From Spongospora subterranea f. sp. subterranea (taxonomy: Eukaryota), in NCBI GenBank assembly GCA_049724395.1, contig JAUGWO010000090.1:1-64000 (forward strand): a stretch of DNA of 64,000 nt, in the 5' to 3' direction. This document shows positions 13,274-24,282 of this stretch, piece after piece (position 1 is the stretch's first letter; the number at the start of each line of letters is the position of its first letter). The translations under genes and the position numbers were made by a program. The notes under the pieces are model-generated. The model saw only the letters and a program-made list of their open reading frames with translations, was not told the DNA's origin and searched no databases.

Positions 13274-15461
13274 TTACTTCTTCTGTAGTGAGGCGAGGTA
13301 TTCCGGGCGAGGTTTCAAGTACGTCACGCCGAGACTCTCAGGATCGTATCTGGGCAAACAAGTTAGAGCGGATAACGACGACGACAACAGCAGAATATCG
13401 CCTACTGGCCCAGGCGTTTTCTAAAATCGGGCTGGCCATCCAGAGCCCAGTCCACTCGCTGGATGAATGTTCCAAGCGTTAGTTTGAACAGCTCATTCCC
13501 GACGCCGGCGCTTCGCATGGCGCAACCAAACCGGGCTGACAATCACACTCAACGCCAGCATCGATTTCAGTTGAAAATCATCAGGCGAACGTACCACTCG
13601 GGATATCATGTCCATCGACCATTCCGAACGCAAACACCTTCTTCTTCAGCTCAGGGTTTTTCATGAAGCGATGTGCGTTGAATTCGAATGGATGATCGAA
13701 TACAGAGGGATCGCGGGACGCCAACGGGACGTTGACCACTGACATCTCTGTTATCACCCAGGCGAAAAAACGCGAGACCGATGAGTTTTTTACGCACCGA
13801 CAAGTTCACCCTTCTTGACGACGTACAGCTTGCCATCGCCGGCAGGTATCTCGACGTCTCGTTGCGCTTCTTTGAACAGAATCTGAACGCACATTTGAGG
13901 ATGGATTGTTTGTTCCTGGTTGATGACGACGGCAATACCGTCGGACGAATGAAAAGTCGCATGGTTTCCCAGGCGAACGAATCAAGTAAGGGGAACTTGT
14001 CCATCGAATCCAACGTGAGCTGATGTCCATCCACTTCATCGCGGAGAAGGCTCAGTATCGTCTGTTGGTCGCCTAAGACCGAAAGCGCTTGGCACAGGGG
14101 CAATCCCAATCCTGCGACAACAACGTTTGTTTGGTTCGTTCGAAAAAGAGCGGTGGGTTTAAGATAACCCGAGCCAAAACTGAACCTGCCGTTCCATTCA
14201 ACTGCATGAACATCATTAACCAGTACTCCATGTCTTTCGTGGGGAACCCCATATCCTGTCAACAACAACTTTTTCGATAAAATCCCTCGACGTAAATACG
14301 ACACTGTCGACACACCTGCGCCATTTTTTCAAATTCTTTGTAAACGGGACTTCGATGATAAATTTTCAGAGATTCGTCACGCGTCGCATATCCGTTCTTG
14401 TACCAAACCATCGCTTTTGAGAAAAACTATGAAAATTCAGAAACACCTAGCGACGATTTGTATAGTGTCTGATACGGTGGCAAGCTGATCCCCAATCCAT
14501 GTATCAGTATTGATCATGCTGAGGGCGTTGAACGGATAGGTTGTTAATGCTTCCCAGCTCGGCGGCCGACAGCCCAAGAGCCATTCATAGATGAGGTCGC
14601 CCGAGATTTTCAAAGCAACCTTGAAGACAACATCAGCGACGCGCTTTTCAATGTAGAAAAAATCCTTGTTCTTACGTCATGGATGTTGCGATAGGGACCG
14701 TTTCCTTCAGCATATTTCTCGAAAATGAACTGATAAGCGAGTGAAGCGGATCGGTCGAAAGCGGCTTGCAAGAGTGGCATTCGACTATGGAGGACGGCGA
14801 CCGTTAAGGCCCTGTTTACCTATATTGATGCTGATGACGAATGCGGCTATGATGGGCAACTCGAATCCGACCTTATGCCCGAAAGCATCGGAAGCGGTCA
14901 ATACTGGCCAGGCTGTCTTCATGATATATTCCGGTATGCCGATCGGCCCAAACCTTGAGTCGATGTTGAAGATACGGGCAACGCATTTGTAAGAAAAAAG
15001 AGTACCTTTTGTGTTTCTCGCGATCAAACACGTCGGACGTTGAGCCGATAACAAAGGAGGCGGATGTGTGGTCGGCAACAACAATGGTTTCCAGGCCGAT
15101 GGAGCAACGATATACCTGGACAAGGGGGTTGTTCGGGGGGTATTGATCAATGAGGGTCGGATAATCGCAATACCGGTGCGCCATTGGCGGCAAGGCTCTT
15201 CTTGTATAGGGTACCACCGATATTGCCAACAAACATCAGGGCGTCGACGAACGCTAAAATGTTGAATGTGCCGGCATACTTGGCGATTTTGTGGATAAAG
15301 TCATCGCACTCAACTGGCCTGGCGATTTCCCCTGTATGACCTCCGGAAGCCTGATATGCACTTGGACTAGACAAGGGCGATTTTTCGTCTGGTTCGGCTT
15401 CGCCTTTCCCCTCTTTTCGCGACTCCTTGGAGCGTTCTTGTGTCGGCTTAGCGGCGCTCAT
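13274..15461 (-). CDS. Cytochrome P450, CYP74-clan-like (allene oxide synthase/hydroperoxide lyase type), multi-exon
   Basis: Spliced product has I-helix LMMFMQLNGTAG, K-helix LTLDSMDKFPLLDSFAWETMRL, VKKGELVVVNVPLASRDPSVFDHPFEFNAHRF, and extended heme loop FAFGMVDGHDIPSARFGC; TAA 13274-13276. Confidence 0.85.
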
Positions 15462-16399
15462 GGCGTTGCGGAGTTCCAGGTTCCCGATGTGGTTCGCTTT
15501 TCACCGTAATCGTATGTCCTCAACTACCTACTGTTTTTTCTACACACTCGTCTGTACCGTCCTAAACAGTTACACGTCCTTGACCCAGGCGACAAGAGAG
15601 CCCGTGGGAGGGGGGGGTGTGACTGTAATGGGTAACTCAACATCACTTTTTTGATCACTTGGCACTTTACAGCACTTGACCGTGAGGAGGCCGCGGCACT
15701 GGTCACTGTGTAGGATGACGCAGTTGTGGGTTGACTGGTGCGGAACACACCACGGAGGCTTTTTTCTACCGCGCGCGAGATGCTTGGACACTCGCACAAT
15801 AGGGTACACTATTGACTGTGACGCAGTCAAATCATTACAAAACTATATTGCACACTGCGCTTAGACGCGCGAATAATTGATTAGGTCACGTGAAAATCTT
15901 TGAGCGGCGATGGGATCTATTGGAAACTGGTTAACTATGATATGCAGAGACGTCTTTTAGACAGCGTCAACATCAAAAGCACTGCGAGTACTTCGGAAAG
16001 ACTCAATCGCAAACTGCTCTATTTTATTCCATGTAACAACTGGGGGTCAGCATTTATTTTAAACTTGAATTCTTTCAACACACGCAAAATAGTTAAATTC
16101 AACACTTAACATCATGTATTAATGACTTTGCTCATCCATCGTTTAAAAAAAAATAAAATGTCCTGTGTACTTAAAATATTTCGAAGCACTCGCAGTGCGT
16201 TCGATTTTGACGCATTGGAAAAAGACGTCTCGCCATATCCTAAGATGGAGTGCATCTTGGAGTTCAACGACTCCATAGCAATTCGGGATCTTGAGTCTCA
16301 CTAGACTCGGATGGAACTGCATTGGACGAGTCGCTGCTTCGCTCGCTTGTTCGCAGCAATGAAGATTCAGGCCGGACAACCTCTTGCGTTGTGGCTCTT

Positions 16400-18790
16400 A
16401 ATTAAAATGGAATACGTTCATCGCAGACACTTCCAGGGATCGTAGCAATGGACGCTACTACAACTGTAGTGTCTGGAATGTGATTGTCAAATATACTGGC
16501 AACAACAACCCCGCTAGTGGACTCCGAAGAGGTAAAATCAAATATTGAAAATCCACCAAGAAACCATAACATACCTGCCACTCGCATGGATTGTTGGCGT
16601 GGTTTGGAAGACATGTCGCCAATTTCTGCATCTGGAAGACATACATTAGAGTAATAAAACAAGCGATCCTAACTTGAGTTACCAGGCGAAACAGACGACT
16701 GATCCCTCTGATGTCTTGTGAGTGGGCATCTAGAACTTCCAGATCGATGGCCAATCCCGTTGCGACCGGAGAGGACACACGATCGACAAATCACAGGCAG
16801 GCGCGCTTTGGCTTGAACACCAAACGCGACTCGTTTGGTTGCGAAGCGATACGACCAGGCCGCGGACGGGCTCGAACTGGTGGCAACCCGGAGCAGACCG
16901 GTTCATTTGCACGAATTAGACTGCGGTTATGATTGAATTGCGTTAGTTAATGCAAGAATCGTCATCTTGAACCCATGTGTACCAGCATCTTCTGCTGATT
17001 TCACAAGTTCGTTCGCTAAATCCATCAGCTTTCGAAAACGCTGAGTCTTGTGGGTAGGATAGTACAATTGTTGATACACATCCAAGTCAGTTGGTGATGA
17101 ATGCACAACATATGCTGACACCATATCCATGGCTTCTGGAGAAGAGTGAACAGATGAGGCATCACCTGAGGACAATCCCAACGATTCTATGACAGACCTG
17201 TAGAGCGGATGTCTGTCCAACCTCCATCGGGGTGCCAGATTCTTGACATCACGCATGGGACGATTGAGATTGGCAAAACCGCAGCAATATGCCGACATGG
17301 GATCAAGGACGACGTGTAAAACCCACAAACACAGCTGGGAACTGCTTCTGTTTCGTGACCTGGAACAACTACTAAAATTTCGCAGCCGGAGCCATCATGA
17401 CGACGAACCTGCCAATGCGCACCATTGAAAGTAGAACAGTACTGGTCCATAAGCAATAACTGGTTGGTTTACAGTTCGTCTACATGGGAACTACAGCGAT
17501 GCGACTGAAGAACACTTTTTTCCGATTTCAGAAACGGCTTCCAGTTCTTGCCGAGTCACGAGTGCTTCGAGGTGCTTGACAAGCTCCAACAAGTTAAATT
17601 TTCTTATATCAGTGCCAGACGTCTTGATTCGTGCGTTGTTAGATTCAGCTCGTTGAGTTGACACGTGTCCAGCAGAAAAGATTTGGGCAAATTCTCTCGG
17701 AATCTTCGCAGAGTTTCATTATAAAGTTCAAAGCTTTCTCAAAACCATTGCAACGGTTTACCAGACGGTCCACAATCTGATTGAACGAATCTGGATCCAG
17801 AATTTCATAGAGCAAAGTCGAGCAAAGCTTGTTGAACGCTGTCGACAACTTCTCCGGGAGAGACGCAGCAGCGGAAAACATCCCTTTTGAGAAATGATGC
17901 ACGAGAGTTTGTGCTTTATGTTGAGGCTTTCCGAAACAGTATAGTACGCGACTGCCCCGTCCGACATCAATGTCGATTCCGGCTGAGCAAGGCTACACAA
18001 CTGCAGGCTTTCTTCGATAATAGCAGCGGTTTCCGACGGTGCTACGGTTATTGCAGATATCGTGCTCTTGCCTAAGCAATCAACATTTGTGAATACAATC
18101 AACACAAGGTTGTAAGCAGAAATGTCGAAGGTGGCATCGGCGATAGTGAATCCTCGTACTGCAGAGCGTATGGCACCATGCATGGAAATTGGATAATGGC
18201 GCTGACAATTCTTGCTGAAATGTCGTATCCTATGAAAAAAACACCTTCCCGGATATTAATTTCCCCCAAATCTCATAAACTCTCTCATGATATCGAGGTC
18301 ATTCCCATAAATCTTTCTTTTCGCTTCGGCCACCACGCGATGAAGGAGCTGACTAGCGTATTCCCTATTTTCAAAAAAGCGATGCATCATCTTCCGCAAT
18401 TGCGGCAACCCCAACGCTGGGCCGGCTTGCCGAAATCAGATATAGCACTTGCGGCGTAAGGTCTTGTTGACCTTGAGCAAACGAGACCCCTCGCACACTG
18501 ATGACCGCGTTCAAAGGGTGGGAATGTGTGGGACGGAACCCCTTTTCCTTGATGATGTACACGTTTTTGGCAAAATCGTAAGTGAACAAGACTTGATACG
18601 GACAAGCAGCGTGTCTGCAATAAAACCGTCCGCGCTGGGCAATTGACTCTACCCCAAACAATTTCACTGCCCGCTGAGCATCCATCGATGCGGGCTTCGG
18701 TTGACGTTAAATTTTGCGACCTCGCAAACGTTTGGGTTTTGGACAGCAGATCCTGGTAGACCATGAATGTATCGCCTGAATAAACATCAC
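16400..18790 (-). pseudogene. MULE transposase with FAR1/WRKY-like, DDE and SWIM zinc-finger regions, frameshifted
   Basis: FYCRHAACPY...HSHPL; IADATFDISAYNLVLIVFTNVD...TLMSDGA...HKLSC; SWIM CVCGFYTSSLIPCRHI; pieces lie in different frames. Confidence 0.85.
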
Positions 18791-19088
18791 CGGCCGCGCG
18801 TATTTGCGATGGACAACGACTGATTACAAGAATTAATAAACCATTATGACGACAACAAAGCTATTGGTATACCTCGCATTAAAAGAGGCACTATCGCCTG
18901 GATAACATCACCGGCGAATTTACTGATGAATCACTATAGAAGAATTAAAGTGAAGAACAGTATGCGATTAGAATAAAAAACCTTTCCCATACAGCCATCT
19001 CAGAGACGGCAGCATAAGTGCTAGGCGATAGTTGACTAAACAGAAACAATCAGAGATAATTGAACCGTTAATTATGTAGAATATAATC

Positions 19089-19349
19089 ACCACCTCGAAA
19101 ATTGCATTGCTGAAACTGAAACAGAAGACACTATAGATGAAGAGAGAATCGATTCAGCATATGATGTGATCCACAACCCTAAGCTGCGATCCGCAACCCC
19201 TCGCTAAATGCAAAGATATATATATTGCATTGAGCGAGGGGTTGCGGATCGCAGCTTAGGGTTGTGGATCACGTCATATGCCGAATCGATTCTCTCTTCA
19301 TCTATAGTGTCTTCTGTTTCAGTTTCAGCAATGCAATTTTCGAGGTGGT
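19089..19349. repeat. 261-bp near-perfect palindrome (125-bp arms, ~11-nt AT loop, 3 mismatches)
   Basis: accacctcgaaaattgc...aatgcaa / ttgcatt...gcaattttcgaggtggt, centred at 19219. Confidence 0.95.
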
Positions 19350-19363
19350 ACCCTATTGTGCGA

Positions 19364-19410
19364 ATGTCCAAACATCTCGCGCGGTTCAACCGCGCGAGAT
19401 GTTTGGACAT
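19364..19410. repeat. 47-bp perfect palindrome (23-bp arms, 1-nt centre)
   Basis: atgtccaaacatctcgcgcggtt-c-aaccgcgcgagatgtttggacat. Confidence 0.95.
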
Positions 19411-19929
19411 GATAGGCCGAACACGCCAAGACATGCCCAGTTCGGCGCACCTCAGTCTGTGACGTGGCGCGGGGGGGACACAGGGATACAGTCAGGTGTA
19501 TGCCCTCCGTAACACGCGTGTAACAAAGGGGATGGTTTTCCTCAATTATGGTCTTTGACGCCGGAAGTTCAGGAGTTCCAAGGCATCCAAGTTCGGCGAA
19601 TCGAACTTGACTGCAACGATGATACTATCCAGACTCTCCAGTCCTCGGAATCTCTCGTGCTTATATAACAATGATTCTGCCTCGATTTTACATCAACGGC
19701 CGTAAGACGGTTTATCGAGAAAACTGCAGGACGGGAGAGTCTGGATATTATTATCGTTCAATTTCTATCATCATCTTCGCGAGAGTTGACGTGCTTTCGG
19801 ACGATTGAGGGAAACCCATCTCATTCCTGTCATCCTCTCCACCAGGGTCCCAGCTATCAAACAAGGGTTGACGCAACTGATGACGTCAGATTTCATTCTC
19901 ATTCATAATCGGCATTTGTTTACCCATCC

Positions 19930-20450
19930 AAATGGGGCACTTAGCGAATCGCACAAAATCTGCACGATCACTTTGGGAAGAAACATCTCGCATTCTAATG
20001 GAGGAAGACCCAGATACGCCTGTCGAAAACAAGGTGCAGCTTGAATCGGGTTCATTACGCCCGATCAGGAGGATTTTCGCCGAACGACAGTCATACAATT
20101 GAGACCTCCTGAACTGGCGTTGACCTCAGATGGAATGCCCTTGTTCCTGGGCATGTCTCACTCCAATATTCCTAGGGCTATGGGCCACCCGGCTCTGTTC
20201 AATATGCTGGCAGCGCCAGCGAATCCGGTTTGTCCATCGACGCTACTTTTCGGCTTGTTTCAAAGCCATTCACGCAGCTCGTGACTGTCGTGGTAAACAA
20301 TGGCGATCGGACTCATGTTTTCCTTTCGTCTGTATTTTGATTTATCAGCGTCGGGACTTCTCAGACTCAGGGTGGGAATTACAATTAGGCCTGCCTGGCA
20401 GTTTGCTGCGATTTCGAGGTTGTATTAACTAGTGCAGTCAAAGGTGCGAA
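19930..20450 (+). mobile_element. Second, unrelated MULE-type transposase relic
   Basis: Frame-broken motifs GHPALFNML, SIDATFRLVSKPFTQLVTV and CCDFEVVLTSAVK resemble the MULE DGTF...PFxQL and DFExA catalytic segments. Confidence 0.6.
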
Positions 20451-21580
20451 CATAGGTCAAAAAATTCTTGAGACTTTTATATTCGGCAGGTACAAAAGTG
20501 TGAGCTCGACATTATCATTGTCGGGGTACTAGGCTGAAAGTTCGGTCCCTATGTTCAGTGATGGTAGCCAAGTCGGCGGCGAACAGACTCGTGTGTTAAA
20601 ACCTCGCGAATCGATTGCAGTTTCAGACGATGCATTGTGAAGATTCACACGAGGCCTTGCCCTAGCTGTTCCCAACCAGCCAAGTCGACCGTCGTGAGAT
20701 TCGTCGAAGCCGCAGCCGGGCCAAGTCAACGGCACGACAAGGGTCGGACGAGAATTCGCGACTGGCTTTCCAAGCCAATCTACGCGCATCGCCGGTCAAG
20801 CAGCATTCAACCAACACGGGCAGCAACCTGAACTTGACGTTGGTCGCGACGACTACGGTCCACAACCAAGCAGTCCTGGCGCCTTTGGGTTGTTTGTCTA
20901 CGCAGGGCCTCGCGCCTTGGCAAGTAGGGCGCTCAGCTCTCAGCAAGAGGTGTTTCGAATGAGCGCCTTAGCTTGAGTATCCGCCCGGTTGTATTTAGAC
21001 GGCTTCGACATGGGTTTGGCGACGGAACCGCGCAGGGTTTGACGAGCCTGGTTGGGATTTGCTGCGTTGATTCGTCTGACGTCCGACTTCAACGAAACAG
21101 GTCCCCTTTTCGGCACATGTTGCCGGGTCGGAACGGTGTTCGCATCGTGGCCCCTCTCGTCGGCGACAGGTTGTGTTGGACGAATGCAGAGGATGTATAA
21201 CCACCAATGGTCAAAATCCATTGTCCATTCAAGTCACCCAGGCAAATTGCATTAGGATGCCCAACATTTACTTGAACAAACACTCGTTAGCGGTTCACGA
21301 GTTCTACAATACGGCGACTTGTCACAAATCCAGTAGCTGGTTTATCAATGAAGTTTTGTTTGGACAGGTTACGAGATAAGTTTGCCAGCGGGTCTTCCCC
21401 ATCTGATGAAGATCACTAACAGGGAAAATGCATCGTGGGGAGTGTCGTGAGATAATCTGGAACATTCGTGCCTCAAGCTATCCATAACATTCACACAATC
21501 CAGAATCTCTGGATGTATTGCGGGCGGATCGACCAGTATATTGGTATTGCACGAACAAGCAATCTTTATAATTGACCGAA

Positions 21581-22189
21581 ATGAACATCATATTGGTGGC
21601 CGGGTTGATGGCGATCATCTGCTTGAACATGCAGACCGCCAGGGCCCAAACCAACCTGACATTCGTTCAGGATATCTGGCCGATCATCACCAAATATATC
21701 GACGGGAGTAATCACCTATCGGCAACTGGTGCCAATGGAAATTATCTTCCAATGCCGAACGCGGCAACGGCCTATACCAACATGTTCATGGTCCAATCGC
21801 AGATTAGTACGTCGACGTACCTGATCACGCCATATAACCATTCAGCCAGCTTGTTGTGGAATTTAGTGGCAAAAGGACCCTTATCAGTAAGGTCGTAAAA
21901 CTCGAAAAACGGGCCGTTATTGACCATCGCCTCTCGTTAGAATGGAGTCGTTATGCCGCCAGGCAGCACGACGTTGACCAGCAAAGAGGTCGAACAGATT
22001 GCTAGCTGGATTGATCAAGGTGCGTTGTTCCAGATCGATGCCAAAGGGGTGTCGTCAGTTCCTGGGCCGAACGGCGGCGTCATCCGAGGAGGGAACACTG
22101 TCGATGCGTTGACATCAGTATATCTATCGGTTGTCGGGACGGCGGCGGTCATAGCGATTACGTGGATCTATCTTAAAATTAAGCTATAG
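21581..22189 (+). CDS. Signal peptide, planctomycete cytochrome c-like domain lacking CxxCH, and C-terminal TM anchor (2 exons; intron 21887-21940)
   Basis: MNIILVAGLMAIICL leader; TFVQDIWPII...ITPYNHSASLLW...MPPGSTTLTSKEVEQIASWIDQGA; hydrophobic tail VYLSVVGTAAVIAITWIYL. Confidence 0.75.
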
Positions 22190-22253
22190 TGGCAAGATGC
22201 CCGTCATCATCTTGGTACGAACAGTTTTGGTTGTTGACAAAACGTGTATATTC

Positions 22254-23190
22254 TTAATACAGACACAGTCGTAATTTGCCACCCCTCGACACCGTCTCTT
22301 GCGCCATGTACTTGCGGAAGAGCTCGACGAAATCGTTCTTGACGTCGTCCATGTCAAATAGGTTCATGGACTTCACATCCTGGGAAACCGTCAGCAATTG
22401 GCACATCCCGATCTGACTGGGTATGAATACAGACCCGGCCCATATCGATAATAACATGTTCTAAACATGACGATGTTAACGCACCGGCATCGTACAGCTT
22501 CAACAGCCTATTAGGGGTGCCGACAGCAATGCGAACATCGCCTTCGAGGGTGGTCACCTGTTCATTCACCTTCATGTGCTTGGCGAATAGTTTCGCTATC
22601 AGCAACTTTCCGTTTTGAAAATATTTTAACGCTCTGAAATGCAAAAGGAAACTGACGATTCAGAAAAAGTGTCCGACCCCTCTTAAAAACCAAGTCGAAC
22701 TGCATTACCTGACAATATCAACTGCTCTAATTGCTGAATATGTAATCACCAACATAATGGGACCATCTCGTCTGTCGCCACCGCCTAGAAATTTCTCCTT
22801 CCATTGGGGCTGCATGGCCTTGATGGCGCCGACAATCTTGCCCAGTTCTCGGATATTCAGTTGGGTTGACGGCGATAGCGGGATGAAATCGTCTCCGGTG
22901 CCTTTCTCCAGTTCGCCACAGTCCAGTAATCGGTGAAACGCTTCGGCCTGGCCGGCCGGCGGGCAGAACTCGGCGTCTCGCATCACGTTCTGCCTATATT
23001 TCTCGGTCTTGCCGCGTTTGGCGGCGTGCTTCATGGCCTCGATCCTCTTGCGCTTCTTCAACAGCTTGACCTCCTCCTGGTCCGCGCCCGGCGTCTGATC
23101 GTTCCGATCGTCGGGGTCGGCATCATCCACAAGCGACGGCAATACGTCGGAATCGTTCACATCCTCGACAACCCACGCCGATTCCTCCAT
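22254..23190 (-). CDS. CMSS1: Cms1/CMSS1 90S pre-ribosome-associated protein (3 exons)
   Basis: LVITYSAIRAVDIVR; AKLFAKHMKVNEQV; IAVGTPNRLLKL; DVKSMNLFDM. Confidence 0.85.
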
Positions 23191-23694
23191 GGCGACGGCG
23201 AAAAACAAGGCTCCGCAGCGAAAGTTGAACAAGTAAAGTGTAACTGCAAAATCTCCAGATCAGTCAATTTCTTTCGCACTCCGGGCGGACTTCTCAAACC
23301 ACTATCTTTGGAAAATATCCACAACGCTTGCTGACGTGAACAGCGAACGAGTGTCACCCAAACGACACTGATTGGGATCGACTTTCCGTCAGTGTTTGTT
23401 GATTCGAATTGCGATGGTTTTGAACGCATTGTCAGCGGCCGTAGCTGTGTTAGGTCGTCGATGGAAGTCAATCTTGGGTGTTTGGGATTGTTTCCCGAAA
23501 CTTGACCGAATCGGTGGATAAACAATCAACAGTGAAGGTGTCTATTTGCAGGACAGCATGGAAAGTTCGGATGTGGTTTCGGTTAAATGATCCGCGGTTC
23601 GGAAAATATATGGTTGTTTTTTGGTCGTGGCTGGCTGAATGAGTGAGTGGACTAGTCCGATTTAGTCGGCCGATCCAGACTAACAGGAACGATC

Positions 23695-24006
23695 ATGTGG
23701 ATAAATGGGTTTCTGATGGCGATCTCCATTGCCATCATCGGAACAGGCGCGAATCCGTCCAAGTTCGATATCATCGCTGGAGGGGAGGTGTCAGTAAGAT
23801 CAGGAATCACGCTGGACGCGGATATCTCGCTGCCGGCGATCCCCAACCTGGCCATGGAGGGCATGGACGAACGGCAGGCGTTCTCGATCGTCGGAATCCG
23901 CCACCCATGGGATCAGCTCTCGGACGACATGCAGGCGATGCCTTTCGGCCGACCTGTCGACCTTCACCTGGACCGGCTGCCAAAGGAGCGGTATCATGAC
24001 CACTAG
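23695..24006 (+). CDS. Small (103 aa) putative secreted protein, unknown function
   Basis: Intronless ATG-TAG ORF with hydrophobic N-terminus MWINGFLMAISIAIIGTGA and GC3-rich codons. Confidence 0.5.
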   Translation: MWINGFLMAISIAIIGTGANPSKFDIIAGGEVSVRSGITLDADISLPAIPNLAMEGMDERQAFSIVGIRHPWDQLSDDMQAMPFGRPVDLHLDRLPKERYHDH

Positions 24007-24282
24007 CGCCAAACCCTTGACGGGTGCGCGTTGTCCATTTCCTCATAAATCTTGTAACATTGGGAAACGTTAATTCTGATGACACGTGAACTGCTGCTAG
24101 TCACACAGGTCGTACGCTATGTAATGTACCCACACGTAACATTTATTACTCTCATACGGTAGTTCCATAACGTAACATTGGGAGGGAAAATGTTGTCTTT
24201 GATGACACGTGATCCGCCGTGCATATAGTCACAAGGGCCTGTGCTGTATATGACAGTAGACGCCCAGCTCGCTCACTGCACC

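Larger units (their letters stand above)
15606..19508 (-). mobile_element. Mutator-like (MULE) DNA transposon, decayed; ends approximate
   Basis: Encloses transposase relic; 36-bp subterminal inverted repeat (15772-15807 vs 19348-19383, 34/36 identical); G-rich ends GGAGGG...TGACTGTA in inverted orientation; no target-site duplication identified. Confidence 0.7.

Noticed and set aside
13651..14313. 220-aa ORF as a standalone protein
   Set aside because: It reads through introns; only part of it is in the true P450 frame.
20460..21500. Cluster of short ORFs
   Set aside because: No consistent frame or motif; left unannotated.
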